Part shown: positions 1-10,500 of the stretch, piece by piece
Position numbering within the stretch: the stretch's first letter is position 1
Layout of the letters: every line of letters starts with the position of its first letter
Source of the DNA: Andalucia godoyi And28
Lineage: Eukaryota; Protista; Jakobida
Length of the DNA: 64,000 nucleotides
Direction of reading: 5' to 3'
Assembly (NCBI GenBank): GCA_009859145.1
Contig: VRVR01000027.1
Location: 259,060 to 323,059, forward strand
The notes under the pieces: model-generated
Database searches by the model: none
Told to the model about the DNA's origin: nothing
What the model saw: only the letters and a program-made list of their open reading frames with translations
Translations under genes and position numbers: made by a program

Positions 1-154
1 TCACGTGACTACGTGGCTGGGCCGTGGGGAGCATGAAAACACCAGAATTCTTCGCTCTACCTCGAAACCTACAATTTGAAAATCACGTAACTGTCCTCTT
101 TGAGTTTGGTCATTGTTTCGCTTTTTTCTTGTTTGCGGACCTATCGTTGTTATC

Positions 155-3139
155 ATGAAATTCTCCTTGATCAGCTCATGGATTTGTTCCTTCGAAGATT
201 CGAAAATTGACAAGTTGAACTTTGATGTGACAAAAATTCTAGATCTTCTCGAAGAAACCATATCCTGGATTTTATTCAGTCATCGAAAACACGATCCCCT
301 TTCATTTCGGATTTATGTGGATGCTTTTTGGAAGAGCCGTATTTCCGCGCTCGTCACTCAAGGTGATGATGGTTTTCGGAAAATCCAACGTTACCTGAAA
401 CTTGATACATTTTGTGATCAGTGCCTTGGCGGTCGTAGGCCTCAGGGAAACTTTAAATCCGCTTCCAAATTATGGTCGGTATGGTTGGCATTGATTTCAC
501 AAGATCAGACAGCGACCTCACAATTTTGTATGTCGATGTCGAAAGACCTTGGACTTCTTCGCACGCAAATGTGTTCATTTATTGTTCTTACTTGCGAGTG
601 TATGTTTCGGGTGATCGAGATGAATAATTGTTCTATGAGCATCCTTCAGGGTTACCGTCCTTTCTTTGAAGTGATAATCAATGACGAGCAACTTGCTAAT
701 GATATGCCCAACGACATTATCCAATGCGCACTGTGTTTTGCAAACTATGTTATCACCCGGGCAAAGAATGCACCTGTTCTTCAAGATTGTCAAAATCTTT
801 TGAAGATGGCTTCTCAGTTCTGCCAGGTAGAATCATCCGGGGACACAGAATATGCTCGCAGATGGGTTCTTGCCAAAATGCTATTTTACAGCGCTTTAAT
901 CCGTCGTTCGAAGAAAGATTTCGAATCCAATCTTAGAAGATGTATGGAACTCGTGGATCTTCGAAGTTCCTGGAGTCATTGCAGACCGGAATTGCGCGAG
1001 AAAATGCGGATACTTTTGTTTAACGCTCAAGTGCAACATGACCTGGGGTTCTCCTGGACACCAAGTGACAAAGAAGTCGTCATTCTCTCTCATTCATCTT
1101 CAGGTCCCCTTTCTCCTCGAAAAACATCAAAAAAGCAAAAGCAAAATGATGAAGATCTCATGGAGAAACCCACACCCTTCAATCCTTCGCCTTCATGGTT
1201 TATTGAGCGAGAGAACTCTTCTTCCACTCTGCAGTCACTGAGGTTGAATCAAACATCCATGTCGGAATTCTGGACTGCTAGCTTTCATTTCTGCAGAGCA
1301 TCCTTTGAAAGCGGCTTGTCGTCTGGAAATTACGAAGATTTCCTGTTTTCTTTGTTTTGTTGCTTTCAGTGCTTCAAGCAGGTTTATCAACATGATACTC
1401 TTTTGATATCGAAATCTTTTCGCCCTTTTCTAGGTGTCTTCCTGTTTTCCGCTCAACATCTATGGCTTATTTCGACGGATCCTTTGCGGCAAGAAGTTCA
1501 AGATTGCCTTACTTTGACTTACAAATTGCGTTCAAAGCATGTGGATATATCCAGTTCTTTGATCTGGAAGCGCTTGGGTGTGTGGCTTTTCGACCATGCG
1601 TTAATACCGGTTCAAGATCTGATTTTTGACTCAAAGGATATGTTCCTTCATCATTTATGTGATCCAAACAGTCCTCATAACGCCAACGCGACCCATCAAC
1701 TTTTCCCGTCGATCAAATCATTAGATGTTGATGTGCAGCAAAAGTCCCTGAAGATTACTTTTGATGACAGCATCGTCATTTGGGACGCCTGGAATGATAT
1801 TTTACATCTCTCCATCTTTTGGAAATACCACATTCCGAGCTTCAGTAGCATCAAAGATGTTCTTTACGGCTTGTTGCAGCCTTCTATGTCGGTTGTTGCA
1901 CATGCTTTTGTAGGCGGTACTTCATACAAACTGCAGATTCGGAAAAACGGAATGGTTTTAAGTACTTTCTCAGAAGACGAAAACCTTTTCGCTTTGTTTG
2001 AGAGTATATATGAAGATGACACTTTGACATTGTCACAACTCATCGAAAAAGTGCAACTACTGGAATATCGCAGTATCATTCTCCAGTTCTTGTTTGATTT
2101 TTTGTCGAAGAAGGTGACCGGATTTCCTCTGTCTATTCCAGTATTGTCTGTATTTCGATCAAGAACATTATCATTGCTCAAAGGACGAGGCCTGAAGTGT
2201 TTGTATGAAGAAGATATCGAGAAGTCATATCAGTCAACATGGAGCAACTTCCCGGAGATTTCTAAAAAGTGTTTTCTCGACCTGACTAACCGTGAACTTG
2301 GCTGTGTTATTGGTCTTTCATCGTATTCGATCACAGAATATGGAAAATGGGTGTCGCGATGTGTATCGGACAATGGATATGTTCTCTTTGGATTTCTTTT
2401 CGATCTGTCAGAAAATGGAGACCATCTCAGCATTACGTTTGACTGTGCTGAAGACTATAATGACAAGGATTTGCGTGCGATGTTCCATGACCTGTGGAAA
2501 CGTTGTTTTCAAGTTGATTACGTGCCTCATTTGACAATCACACCTCGTCAAACGTTATACCAAAACGTTGTGCAGTCTACAATTCAACAGCTATCTAACA
2601 ACATGCAGACATTGCAGTCTCTCGAGGACTGTAAAAACGCTTGGGACGTCATGTATCAGTTTGGAAAAGGCAATTTGGATCGTCATCTCGATATTTTGAA
2701 TGTCGTTATATGGGTCATTATGCGGTCTTCGTGGGTGCGAAAGGATAAGTTGGAATTGGTCGATATTGCCATTCAAGATTTCGGGTTCGCAAGATTGATT
2801 GAAAAACACAGTGATCTCAACGATCTTTTGTGGTTGACCTTTGACGATGAAAAAAAGCCGAAAATCCCGTGGGACCTCACTGTGGATCAGGTGCTTTCTC
2901 GAGTAGACACTAGAGGATTCGAAATGCTTGCTTCAGACATGCAATGTTTCCGTGACAGTATCAAGGAAATGAGGAAAAATGGACGCAATGTTCTGTCTGA
3001 AGTCTTCAACCATGCTAAATGGTCGGATCGCGAAAAGTTTATTGCGACGAGGACTCTGAAAACTGCTGGGTTTTATTTTACAAACGAGCAAACAAAGCTT
3101 TTTGAACGATACAGGAAAGCCTTTTCTGAGTCTGTGTAG
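155..3139 (+). CDS. Orphan ~995-1008 aa protein, copy 1 (ORF open from 113; first ATG at 155)
   Basis: Long uninterrupted ORF ending in TAG. No recognisable motif apart from a basic patch (SPRKTSKKQKQ). Confidence 0.8.
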   Translation: MKFSLISSWICSFEDSKIDKLNFDVTKILDLLEETISWILFSHRKHDPLSFRIYVDAFWKSRISALVTQGDDGFRKIQRYLKLDTFCDQCLGGRRPQGNFKSASKLWSVWLALISQDQTATSQFCMSMSKDLGLLRTQMCSFIVLTCECMFRVIEMNNCSMSILQGYRPFFEVIINDEQLANDMPNDIIQCALCFANYVITRAKNAPVLQDCQNLLKMASQFCQVESSGDTEYARRWVLAKMLFYSALIRRSKKDFESNLRRCMELVDLRSSWSHCRPELREKMRILLFNAQVQHDLGFSWTPSDKEVVILSHSSSGPLSPRKTSKKQKQNDEDLMEKPTPFNPSPSWFIERENSSSTLQSLRLNQTSMSEFWTASFHFCRASFESGLSSGNYEDFLFSLFCCFQCFKQVYQHDTLLISKSFRPFLGVFLFSAQHLWLISTDPLRQEVQDCLTLTYKLRSKHVDISSSLIWKRLGVWLFDHALIPVQDLIFDSKDMFLHHLCDPNSPHNANATHQLFPSIKSLDVDVQQKSLKITFDDSIVIWDAWNDILHLSIFWKYHIPSFSSIKDVLYGLLQPSMSVVAHAFVGGTSYKLQIRKNGMVLSTFSEDENLFALFESIYEDDTLTLSQLIEKVQLLEYRSIILQFLFDFLSKKVTGFPLSIPVLSVFRSRTLSLLKGRGLKCLYEEDIEKSYQSTWSNFPEISKKCFLDLTNRELGCVIGLSSYSITEYGKWVSRCVSDNGYVLFGFLFDLSENGDHLSITFDCAEDYNDKDLRAMFHDLWKRCFQVDYVPHLTITPRQTLYQNVVQSTIQQLSNNMQTLQSLEDCKNAWDVMYQFGKGNLDRHLDILNVVIWVIMRSSWVRKDKLELVDIAIQDFGFARLIEKHSDLNDLLWLTFDDEKKPKIPWDLTVDQVLSRVDTRGFEMLASDMQCFRDSIKEMRKNGRNVLSEVFNHAKWSDREKFIATRTLKTAGFYFTNEQTKLFERYRKAFSESV

Positions 3140-3270
3140 ACACATGAGATGGCGCTTCGCACCTACACACACATCTTTCTCTATCGCTTCATTTTCCTGC
3201 ATTCTTTAGCGAGCGCTCTGACGGATTCTGGCGATATGGACACATGTGTTTCATCGATTTCCTTCAATTA

Positions 3271-4830
3271 TCAGTATAATTCTTTCTTTTTCGTGTCTGA
3301 ATCGAGTAAATCACCAGAGAGCGCGGATCGAGGGTACTCATACACTCGACAATTCTGAATATCATCAGGTAATTCACATATGTACCTCCGTTTTTCACGA
3401 ATCTGATACATATGAAACTTCCAATCCTTCCTTTCCTTGAAGCTGTTGTTGGGGACAGGCAGCATGTACTTCTGAATCATTCGACCTAGGTTGTTGGCCT
3501 TCGTTCGCCATAATGTGAAAAGATCCACGGAGGATACTGTTGTATCGATGTTTGGACCGAGATGCTCCGTCCACAAATCATGAAAAAGATCGGTAGCAAA
3601 TTTCTCGTCATGTATGGTTGCAATCAATTCTTGATCTTGCTCAAAGCTTCGATCGTTGAAATTGGCTGAACCAATGACCGCAATTTGCTTGTCAACAATC
3701 ATAAGTTTCGAGTGCACATAAATCATGCTACACGATTCGACAAGATATCCACTCTCTTGAGTTGATTGGCTTTTCAAGGAGTAATTCATTAACGCCGAAA
3801 ATGCGATGAAATCTACCACATCATCTCGCTTATCCTCATTCACGCGCGAGCTCACGTGCTCAATGAAGGCATCAATAGAAGTGCGAGTAGCAGCATGTAA
3901 CGGAGAACCCAACGACAAAGGACAGATTTCGGCATCGGGAAAGGCCGGTAAAAGGATCACAACTCTAAATGATTCGTTGTTTTCTACTGCTCGAACTAGA
4001 CGATCCGCCAACGCGGACATTGGCGTATCTCGAATTACTTCTCCTTCCTCATGGATGTGAAGACTGGAAAAATACTGATTTTCTACATATATCAATTCTT
4101 TCGCTGTATGAATGAGATGAATGTACTCCGCTGCAATTGGATGAGGAGTTTCAAAATCCTTCCGGAACGGATTCATGAAGAACCGAACCTTGGAATCCCG
4201 CGAGCATTTCGAAAAGTGATTTTCTCTCATATTCCTCAGAACCTGTACAGCATATTTGTTCTTCCCGAATGCGTGTGTAAGGCGATGGTAGGCATGGGAA
4301 CAAATCTCAGAGCCTGTTCCTTCAAATGAAACATTCAAGTCATGCCAAGGCAGTCGGGTGTCGTGAGCCCATCGTGGAAATAGCTTGTTATATACCCCGC
4401 GCGGAAATGGGACCGTTCCATGGAGTTGTGTATCATACCTATCTGGTAAAATATCGAGACCACCAAAGAATACAGTTCGATTGTCCACGACGACAATTTT
4501 CTCATGCCGGCTCCAGATGACACTTTCACTTAGACTAAACAATCTACTCATTTCTTTCACAAATAACCGTGATCTATGCGTAGAACATAGAAGCTTCCAT
4601 TCCTCGGCATCTGCTTTGATTTTCCAACAAACGATAAACCCACATGAATCTTTGTCTCGCTCCATAACATCGTTCAACGCCTGATGAAGCGCTCTGCCTT
4701 CTTTCAATTGAGTTAACGGATCCAAAGACAAGCCAATAATGATAAAGCATTTTCGACAACTTTGCAATGCTTTGTCAAGTGCCTCAAAATAACTGTTGCC
4801 GTCAACTAAAGATTGAATGGAGTTTTGCAT
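3271..4830 (-). CDS. Phospholipase D, eukaryotic two-HKD type, catalytic core only (copy 1)
   Basis: HKD1 RHEKIVVVDNRTVFFGGLD and HKD2 VHSKLMIVDKQIAVIGSANFNDRSF, plus RLPWHD and IYVENQYF motifs typical of PLD1/2 and plant PLDs. No PX/PH/C2 extension. Confidence 0.92.
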   Translation of the reverse strand: MQNSIQSLVDGNSYFEALDKALQSCRKCFIIIGLSLDPLTQLKEGRALHQALNDVMERDKDSCGFIVCWKIKADAEEWKLLCSTHRSRLFVKEMSRLFSLSESVIWSRHEKIVVVDNRTVFFGGLDILPDRYDTQLHGTVPFPRGVYNKLFPRWAHDTRLPWHDLNVSFEGTGSEICSHAYHRLTHAFGKNKYAVQVLRNMRENHFSKCSRDSKVRFFMNPFRKDFETPHPIAAEYIHLIHTAKELIYVENQYFSSLHIHEEGEVIRDTPMSALADRLVRAVENNESFRVVILLPAFPDAEICPLSLGSPLHAATRTSIDAFIEHVSSRVNEDKRDDVVDFIAFSALMNYSLKSQSTQESGYLVESCSMIYVHSKLMIVDKQIAVIGSANFNDRSFEQDQELIATIHDEKFATDLFHDLWTEHLGPNIDTTVSSVDLFTLWRTKANNLGRMIQKYMLPVPNNSFKERKDWKFHMYQIREKRRYICELPDDIQNCRVYEYPRSALSGDLLDSDTKKKELY

Positions 4831-5068
4831 TTGATTGTAAAAACAAGAAAAGATAGATAGATCTTAATTACCCAGACCGATAAATTTCCTTGTCAAAAAA
4901 GTGCGAAATGCGACAGCGCAACAGTTCTTTTGCACGTTGCATGAAGAGTTTCCAGGCGTCGCCGTTTGCCGACTGATCTTTGACGTTCGAATCTAGAATC
5001 AAATGACGCAGCTGTCTCCCGATCAATGGCACCTCCCAAGCCCGGTGAATTGCTGCAACCACCACTTA

Positions 5069-7237
5069 CACCTAAACATCACGGATTGTGTAAGCGATCC
5101 ATTTTTACAGTCAGGTATCCATTTTGAATTGTAAGGCTTGACGCCAAAGATCCAAAATTCCTTCTTTTTTTCCCGCGTTCTTCTTTATTTCGCTCAGCTG
5201 CACGGTGCACCGCTGTTTTGATGTTTTACGAGGAAAGTCAGACGGAGCGCTCACTTCGAATTTCCTAGTCATCATCATCATCTTGTCCTTCTCCCAGATG
5301 TTGTTGAACAGCATGGATGGTGGCGCCTGCTGGCTGTGGCTCTCCAGTGTCTGATTCTTCAACAGTCTCTTCGTGTTCTTCGCTGAGTCCTATCGATGCG
5401 TCCGTTCTTGCCGGGGTGTACTCCAACCCCCATTCTTTGAATTTGCGAATCGCCGCAGCTTCCTTCTCGTCTCCTGTGTGAACGTGGTCAAGAAGCCGCT
5501 GCGTTGATACCGGCAGACGGTCCAAGGAATCTATGAAGGACGACAGAGTATGATTCCAGGCACCTTTGATTCCAGAAGAAGTGACTTGGCGGTAGGCCTT
5601 GCATATCAAGTCGACAAGATTCTCCTTTGAATGCGGAAGAGTGTTCATCACAATCTGTGTGAAATACCATTTCCACATGCTGAAGACTTCCTCACACGGA
5701 TCGAGAAACGGCGAGTACGGGGGCAAAAAGCACATTTCAATGCCTTCTGGGATTTCAGATTTTTGCTTTGTGGATAGCACAGTTGTCCTGGACAATGAGC
5801 TGTTTTGGATCCCCTTCCTTGGGAATTCCTCCAGTCTTCTGCAACTCGGCGAAGAGATGTTTGAGAAAATCAGCGTATGTTTGCGCTTTGACGCTGCCGA
5901 GGTAGCACCCAAAATACGCGATCCTCTCTTTGTTCACGCCTCGATTGCAGAAACGTTCGGAAGGTCGAGCTTCCATTCGGCACCAGCGGTCTGCATCCTT
6001 TCACACTCAGGCCTTCGCTTGGGAACACGCAAACATTGAACGGTGTCTCGTCGATGAAGATTGCATTGTCGTACTCCGCACGTTTCACAGTCGACATCAT
6101 CTTTGCGTACTGGTACCTTGCTTCGATGATCCTCGGCAAATTTCTGCTTAGGGAGGCTGGATAGAAATCAGTTGCTCAGAATCCCAAATGTAAATGCATC
6201 CAGTGCTGTAGCACTGCAGCCCCGTTTTCCCGATCGTGCTGTTCCAGTTTTGGAAACTGCTTCTGCATCATTCCCACCAGGTCTTTGTAGTGGAGAGTGT
6301 TGTCGATGACCAGTGCCGCGCTGCCCAAAGAAGCTGGTCATCAAAAAATAGTCGAGGTCGTCGGCACTTGGGGATTCATCGCTCCGTGCGCGAGTGGCTG
6401 AAGCGGATCTTCTCCCCATCTCGCCCGCTTTTGCATCCGGTGAAATGTCTGGTACAGAGTCTCTTCTTTGTGATTCAAAACGACGGCCAGATCGTGCAAT
6501 GTGGATGTATCGTTGCGTATGCTGTTCCAGACAATCTCCTTGTCTCTCCGGCAGATGGTGTCCTTTGGTTGTCGATGCTGTGTCGCTTTCTCTTCTTCAC
6601 CTTCGTGCGACTCCTGGTCTTCCTGTTTTTTCTGTTCCACGCTGGTGTCAACGGCCACTGTCATTAAGAATTGACGAACCCCTGCTTGGATGGTGGCCTC
6701 TCTGGCTTTGTTTGCCAGCTCTGCTTTTGCAGTCGCTTCCTTATCTCTTTTTTCTTGCTCCTGAAGACGCAACCTCTGCGATTTCGACATGAAATCCGTC
6801 AGGGTGGTATGGCTGAGCTCTGGAAAGTGGTCTTCGGGCAGCTGGGGCATGTTCTGCTCTCCAACATCGGTGGAGACAACGAGTTGTACAGCCTCACTCG
6901 GTTGCTGCAAGAGCCTGGCTGCATTCACATTTGTTCTCCGTATCGCGGGTGACTTGACTGCCGGGGTACTTGCGTTGTTGTTACCTTGGCTGGTGCTTGG
7001 GGTTAGGTCCCTTGACGGACTCGCTGCAGCACTTCCTGGGGAACTTCCGGAATCGGAATGTTGGACAGGGATTCTTGCGTCTGTTGGGTCGCGGCTTTTC
7101 ATACTTTAAATGGATCGCATTCTTTGTCGGCCATGTTTCTCTGCTTATTCGGTTGCTGTTTTAGGGTAAAGCTGACAATTCAAAATGGATCTCTTACACC
7201 ATAAAATGGACCGCTTGTAATCCGCGATGTTTTGGTG
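5069..7237 (-). mobile_element. Tc1/IS630-like DNA transposon, copy 1, TA target duplication
   Basis: Imperfect ~70-bp TIRs (CACCTAAACATCACGGATT... and CACCAAAACATCGCGGATT...). TA at 5067-5068 and 7238-7239. Encloses a DDE transposase pseudogene. Confidence 0.88.
5265..7102 (-). pseudogene. DDE transposase (IS630/Tc1 superfamily), disrupted by stops and frameshifts, copy 1
   Basis: Motifs AIFIDETPFN, LIVQDNCAIHK and FLPPYSPFLDPCEEVFSMWK are spread over several frames, with in-frame TGA codons. Confidence 0.88.
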
Positions 7238-7505
7238 TAAGTGACAATTGCGACAGTTCGCATGGTTGAGGGGTATCGACTATCGAGACCAAGATTGCCG
7301 CGCAATTCTTCCAACCGACAATTGATGCTGGGAGACAAATTGTTTTTTTGCCACCAGCTCTCGCCCAGCCATTGCAGAAGCGAAATTTGACTGACCTGCT
7401 TTGCGGAGTAAAGTCTTCGCTATTTTCGGTTCCTTTCTGTTTGTTCTCTGAACTGTTTATCCTGAATCTGGAAGAACATTGTGATAAATTCTGTCAACCT
7501 ACCAC

Positions 7506-10500
7506 ATGTTTCAGCGATTATTTTTAACGTACAATGCTTTCAATAGCATCGAGAGTTCGTTGAGCGGCATTGATGCGGACATTCGAATCACTCCTTTACG
7601 GCAACAGTTGTCGGCAGTTCGGCAGTCTCTTGAACAATCCGTCCACGGTCGCAAGGCTGCTGTGGCATTTTTTGGAGAAACTGGTGCAGGAAAGAGTTGT
7701 CTCATCAATGCGTTGCTTGGCACTCCGCTTTGCCTGCCACCTGGTGCAGGGGAGTCTGGAACGCATGTGCCCGTCATTATCCAAAAGGATGATATGGTTG
7801 ATAAATACTCTGTCCGTCGAATTTTTTGGGATCCCAAGGAACTATTGGCGAATCTGTGGGAAGCTGCACGGAGTGCAAAGCTGGTATCAACAAAAGGTTG
7901 CGACCAAAAACTTACCACAACCGGTTTGTCCGATTCTTCTGAGAATTCAACAGCCGGTAATGATTCTCAAAGTTCAGATGTGTATGAAGATTGTTTGCCT
8001 ATGGCTGTTCCTCCGCAACTTCCTGTCCATGATTCTGCTATTTTGGAGGTTGCGGAACAAATATTTGGGAAAGCGACTCGTTTTGAAGACGACAAAAAGA
8101 AGAGATACAGGGAGGTCTTGCATTCTGTGAAACTCAATAGAGATTATCTTCAGAATCCTGAATATTTTGGCGATCCTCAAAGTGTTTTTGAATATATCCG
8201 CGATCATGTTGAGCGGAAAGCCAACACTGTCCATTCTATCCAGACGGACAAAGAGATTGAGAATTTCTTTTTGCGAAATGTTGTCATCAGAGGGCCATTC
8301 CCAGACGCAATGGTCCCTGACGGCATGGTGCTGATGGATATGCCCGGTCTCATGGACGGAGAATGGATGTCTCAGTTTGCTGTTGTGTCCGAACTGCACA
8401 GGTCTTCCAGAGCTGTATTGGTGGTCAAAAATGATACTCCAGGCAATCATCAAATGATCCAAGATTTATTTGCCTTGATATTTTCTCTCTGCTCTTCTTC
8501 ACATAATCTGAACCTGGTGAATAATTTCATCATAGCTATATCCCACAAGGGATGTAAGCCTCCTCAAGTTTCGCAGAAGTATGTGAAGGGGTACCTTGAA
8601 AACTTTGAAACTCAACGAATGAAAGCAAGCCCTGATTCAAACAGCTCGAAACCGACATTCGTTGCTGTCAACTCTGTGATGTGCCTGATTCACAAGAAAG
8701 GTGTTTCTCTAAAGCAGCCTGCGCTTCTGGAAATGTGGAATCTGGAAGCCGATGAATTCGATGACATTTTGCATAATGGCAAAACAACAGCTGTTGCGTA
8801 CATGGCCGACTTATGCGACATGTGTCAAAATTTGTTTTCCACAAATGTAGCCTCTAATTTGAGAGATTTGAAGAAACTTGTGTCATACTTGCGTGCGCAA
8901 TCAAGAGGTGATATTTATTCATCCGAGTTGTTTCGGATTGATTATGAGAAGCTCCGACTGTCTCTTGCTCGTTGTTTACTAAAAGGCCAACGTAGACTCG
9001 AAGACTACTGCAAAGAAACCAAAGACAGGGGACTTTTGCGTTTGGTCGCTCATGTTTCCAGATTCATGGAGGACGCGGAAGACGTTGATGAGACCATCTT
9101 AGTTCTCGCACGGCGTATATTTGTTGGATCTGATGCTCGCCCCCAAATATGGTGGTTTAAGTTTGTTTCATTTGCTTCACAAATTGCAAGGGAAGCATAT
9201 GATGATTGTCTCATTGCTGTCGAGAAGTTTGCTTCACACGCCGATGGACTAAGTGGTGTGCGCCCCGATGACTTTTTGGGATGGCATTGGACTCTTCGTT
9301 TGGAACTAGATCTTCTCTTCAATGGCGTTGCGTCAAGGGCCTCCGCACAGTTAGAAAATTCTGTAGAGATTCTGATGGATTCTATCCGAACTAGAACAGG
9401 AGATATTATTTTGCGAACAAACTCCATTTCTGCACAAGAGTCTGATTCTACTGAAGAAGCTGCAGTAGAAGAACAACAGGTTGTTCAGTTTCAGAATTTT
9501 GTGAAATCTCTGTCAGAAAACTTTTTTTCCGTGCAGAAGTTGGTGAATCTCTTTGATGACCTTCCGAAAAATCCGACATTGTGGACGAAGCGACCTAAAT
9601 CAATTTCAAGCACTATCTTTGATGAAATCACGAATGTTCTGGAATGTTTGGACTCACAGAGCACTTTCAGCGGTCAAGGCTTGATTGGTGACCTGACAGC
9701 TGCACTTCAGCAGTATCGCGAAAGGCTCAAGCAGTTGATGTTTCCACAAAAATGGTCTGCTGGCTCTGAGCCTGGAATCTTCCTAGCAAAATTACTTTCT
9801 GACCCTGCCAAATGTTCTCTTGCGTTAATTTGCAAGAAGCTCGGGGTGTTTTTTGCGCCGTATATGTTTGGCCATTTTGTGGACGAACGATCGTGCCCGA
9901 AGAATGAGCGCCTTGAGAATGCAATGATTGATTATTTCAGGAAGTCGGGTTGGGACGCAACAACTGTACTAAGGGATTTGCACTCGACAGATGACAACGA
10001 TTGCAGGTACACCTGGACTTGGTTTGATTTCCTTATCTCAATTCGTGATCAACTCCATGTTTGCGGATTTTTATTGGATCATGTTGAAGCAACGACGGAA
10101 TTCAAATTTTACCTCAAGCTATCTAGCGACGATGTGTTGGTGGCAGTGCACGATCGACTCTTGTCGCTGTGGCGTCGAAGGATGAACGGATTCACGTGCT
10201 CTCCCCCACCGCTTTGTTTAGTGAAGGAATCTTCATCTTTTGCTTTTGAAAGTGTAGAAGCTTCTGGAATGTCCTTCTGCGCAAATGCGTGTGTTGGAAG
10301 CACATCGAACACTTTGGGTGGCTTCATTTCCGCCGGTGGTCGTGTTTTTGGCGTTCTTTGTGGTCATCTTTTTCTGGACATCAAGGATGTTGTGCGAGTA
10401 GAATGTTGTAAGGTTCCTCTTTTTCCTGATGATGTTGTAAGTCCTACTTCTCAAATCCTTCCCTTATCTGCTGTGGTTATTGACAAGTTTGAGCTCACGG

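Larger units (their letters stand above)
1..7237. repeat. Left arm of a large inverted repeat (may extend beyond the window start)
   Basis: Position i mirrors 19062-i. The ORF track gives identical translations at mirrored coordinates, and spot checks at both ends match. Identity stops at 7237/11825 (left ...TTTTGGTG|TAAGTG, right GCAGGTG|CACCAAAA...). Confidence 0.97.

Noticed and set aside
3271-4830. PLD as a Zucchini/Nuc-type nuclease
   Set aside because: Two HKD motifs with PWHD and IYxENQxF are hallmarks of lipid-hydrolysing PLDs.
5061-7245. Transposon ends at 5063/7243 with an AC duplication
   Set aside because: TA is the superfamily norm, and the second copy begins exactly at CACC (equivalent to 7237), supporting 5069-7237.
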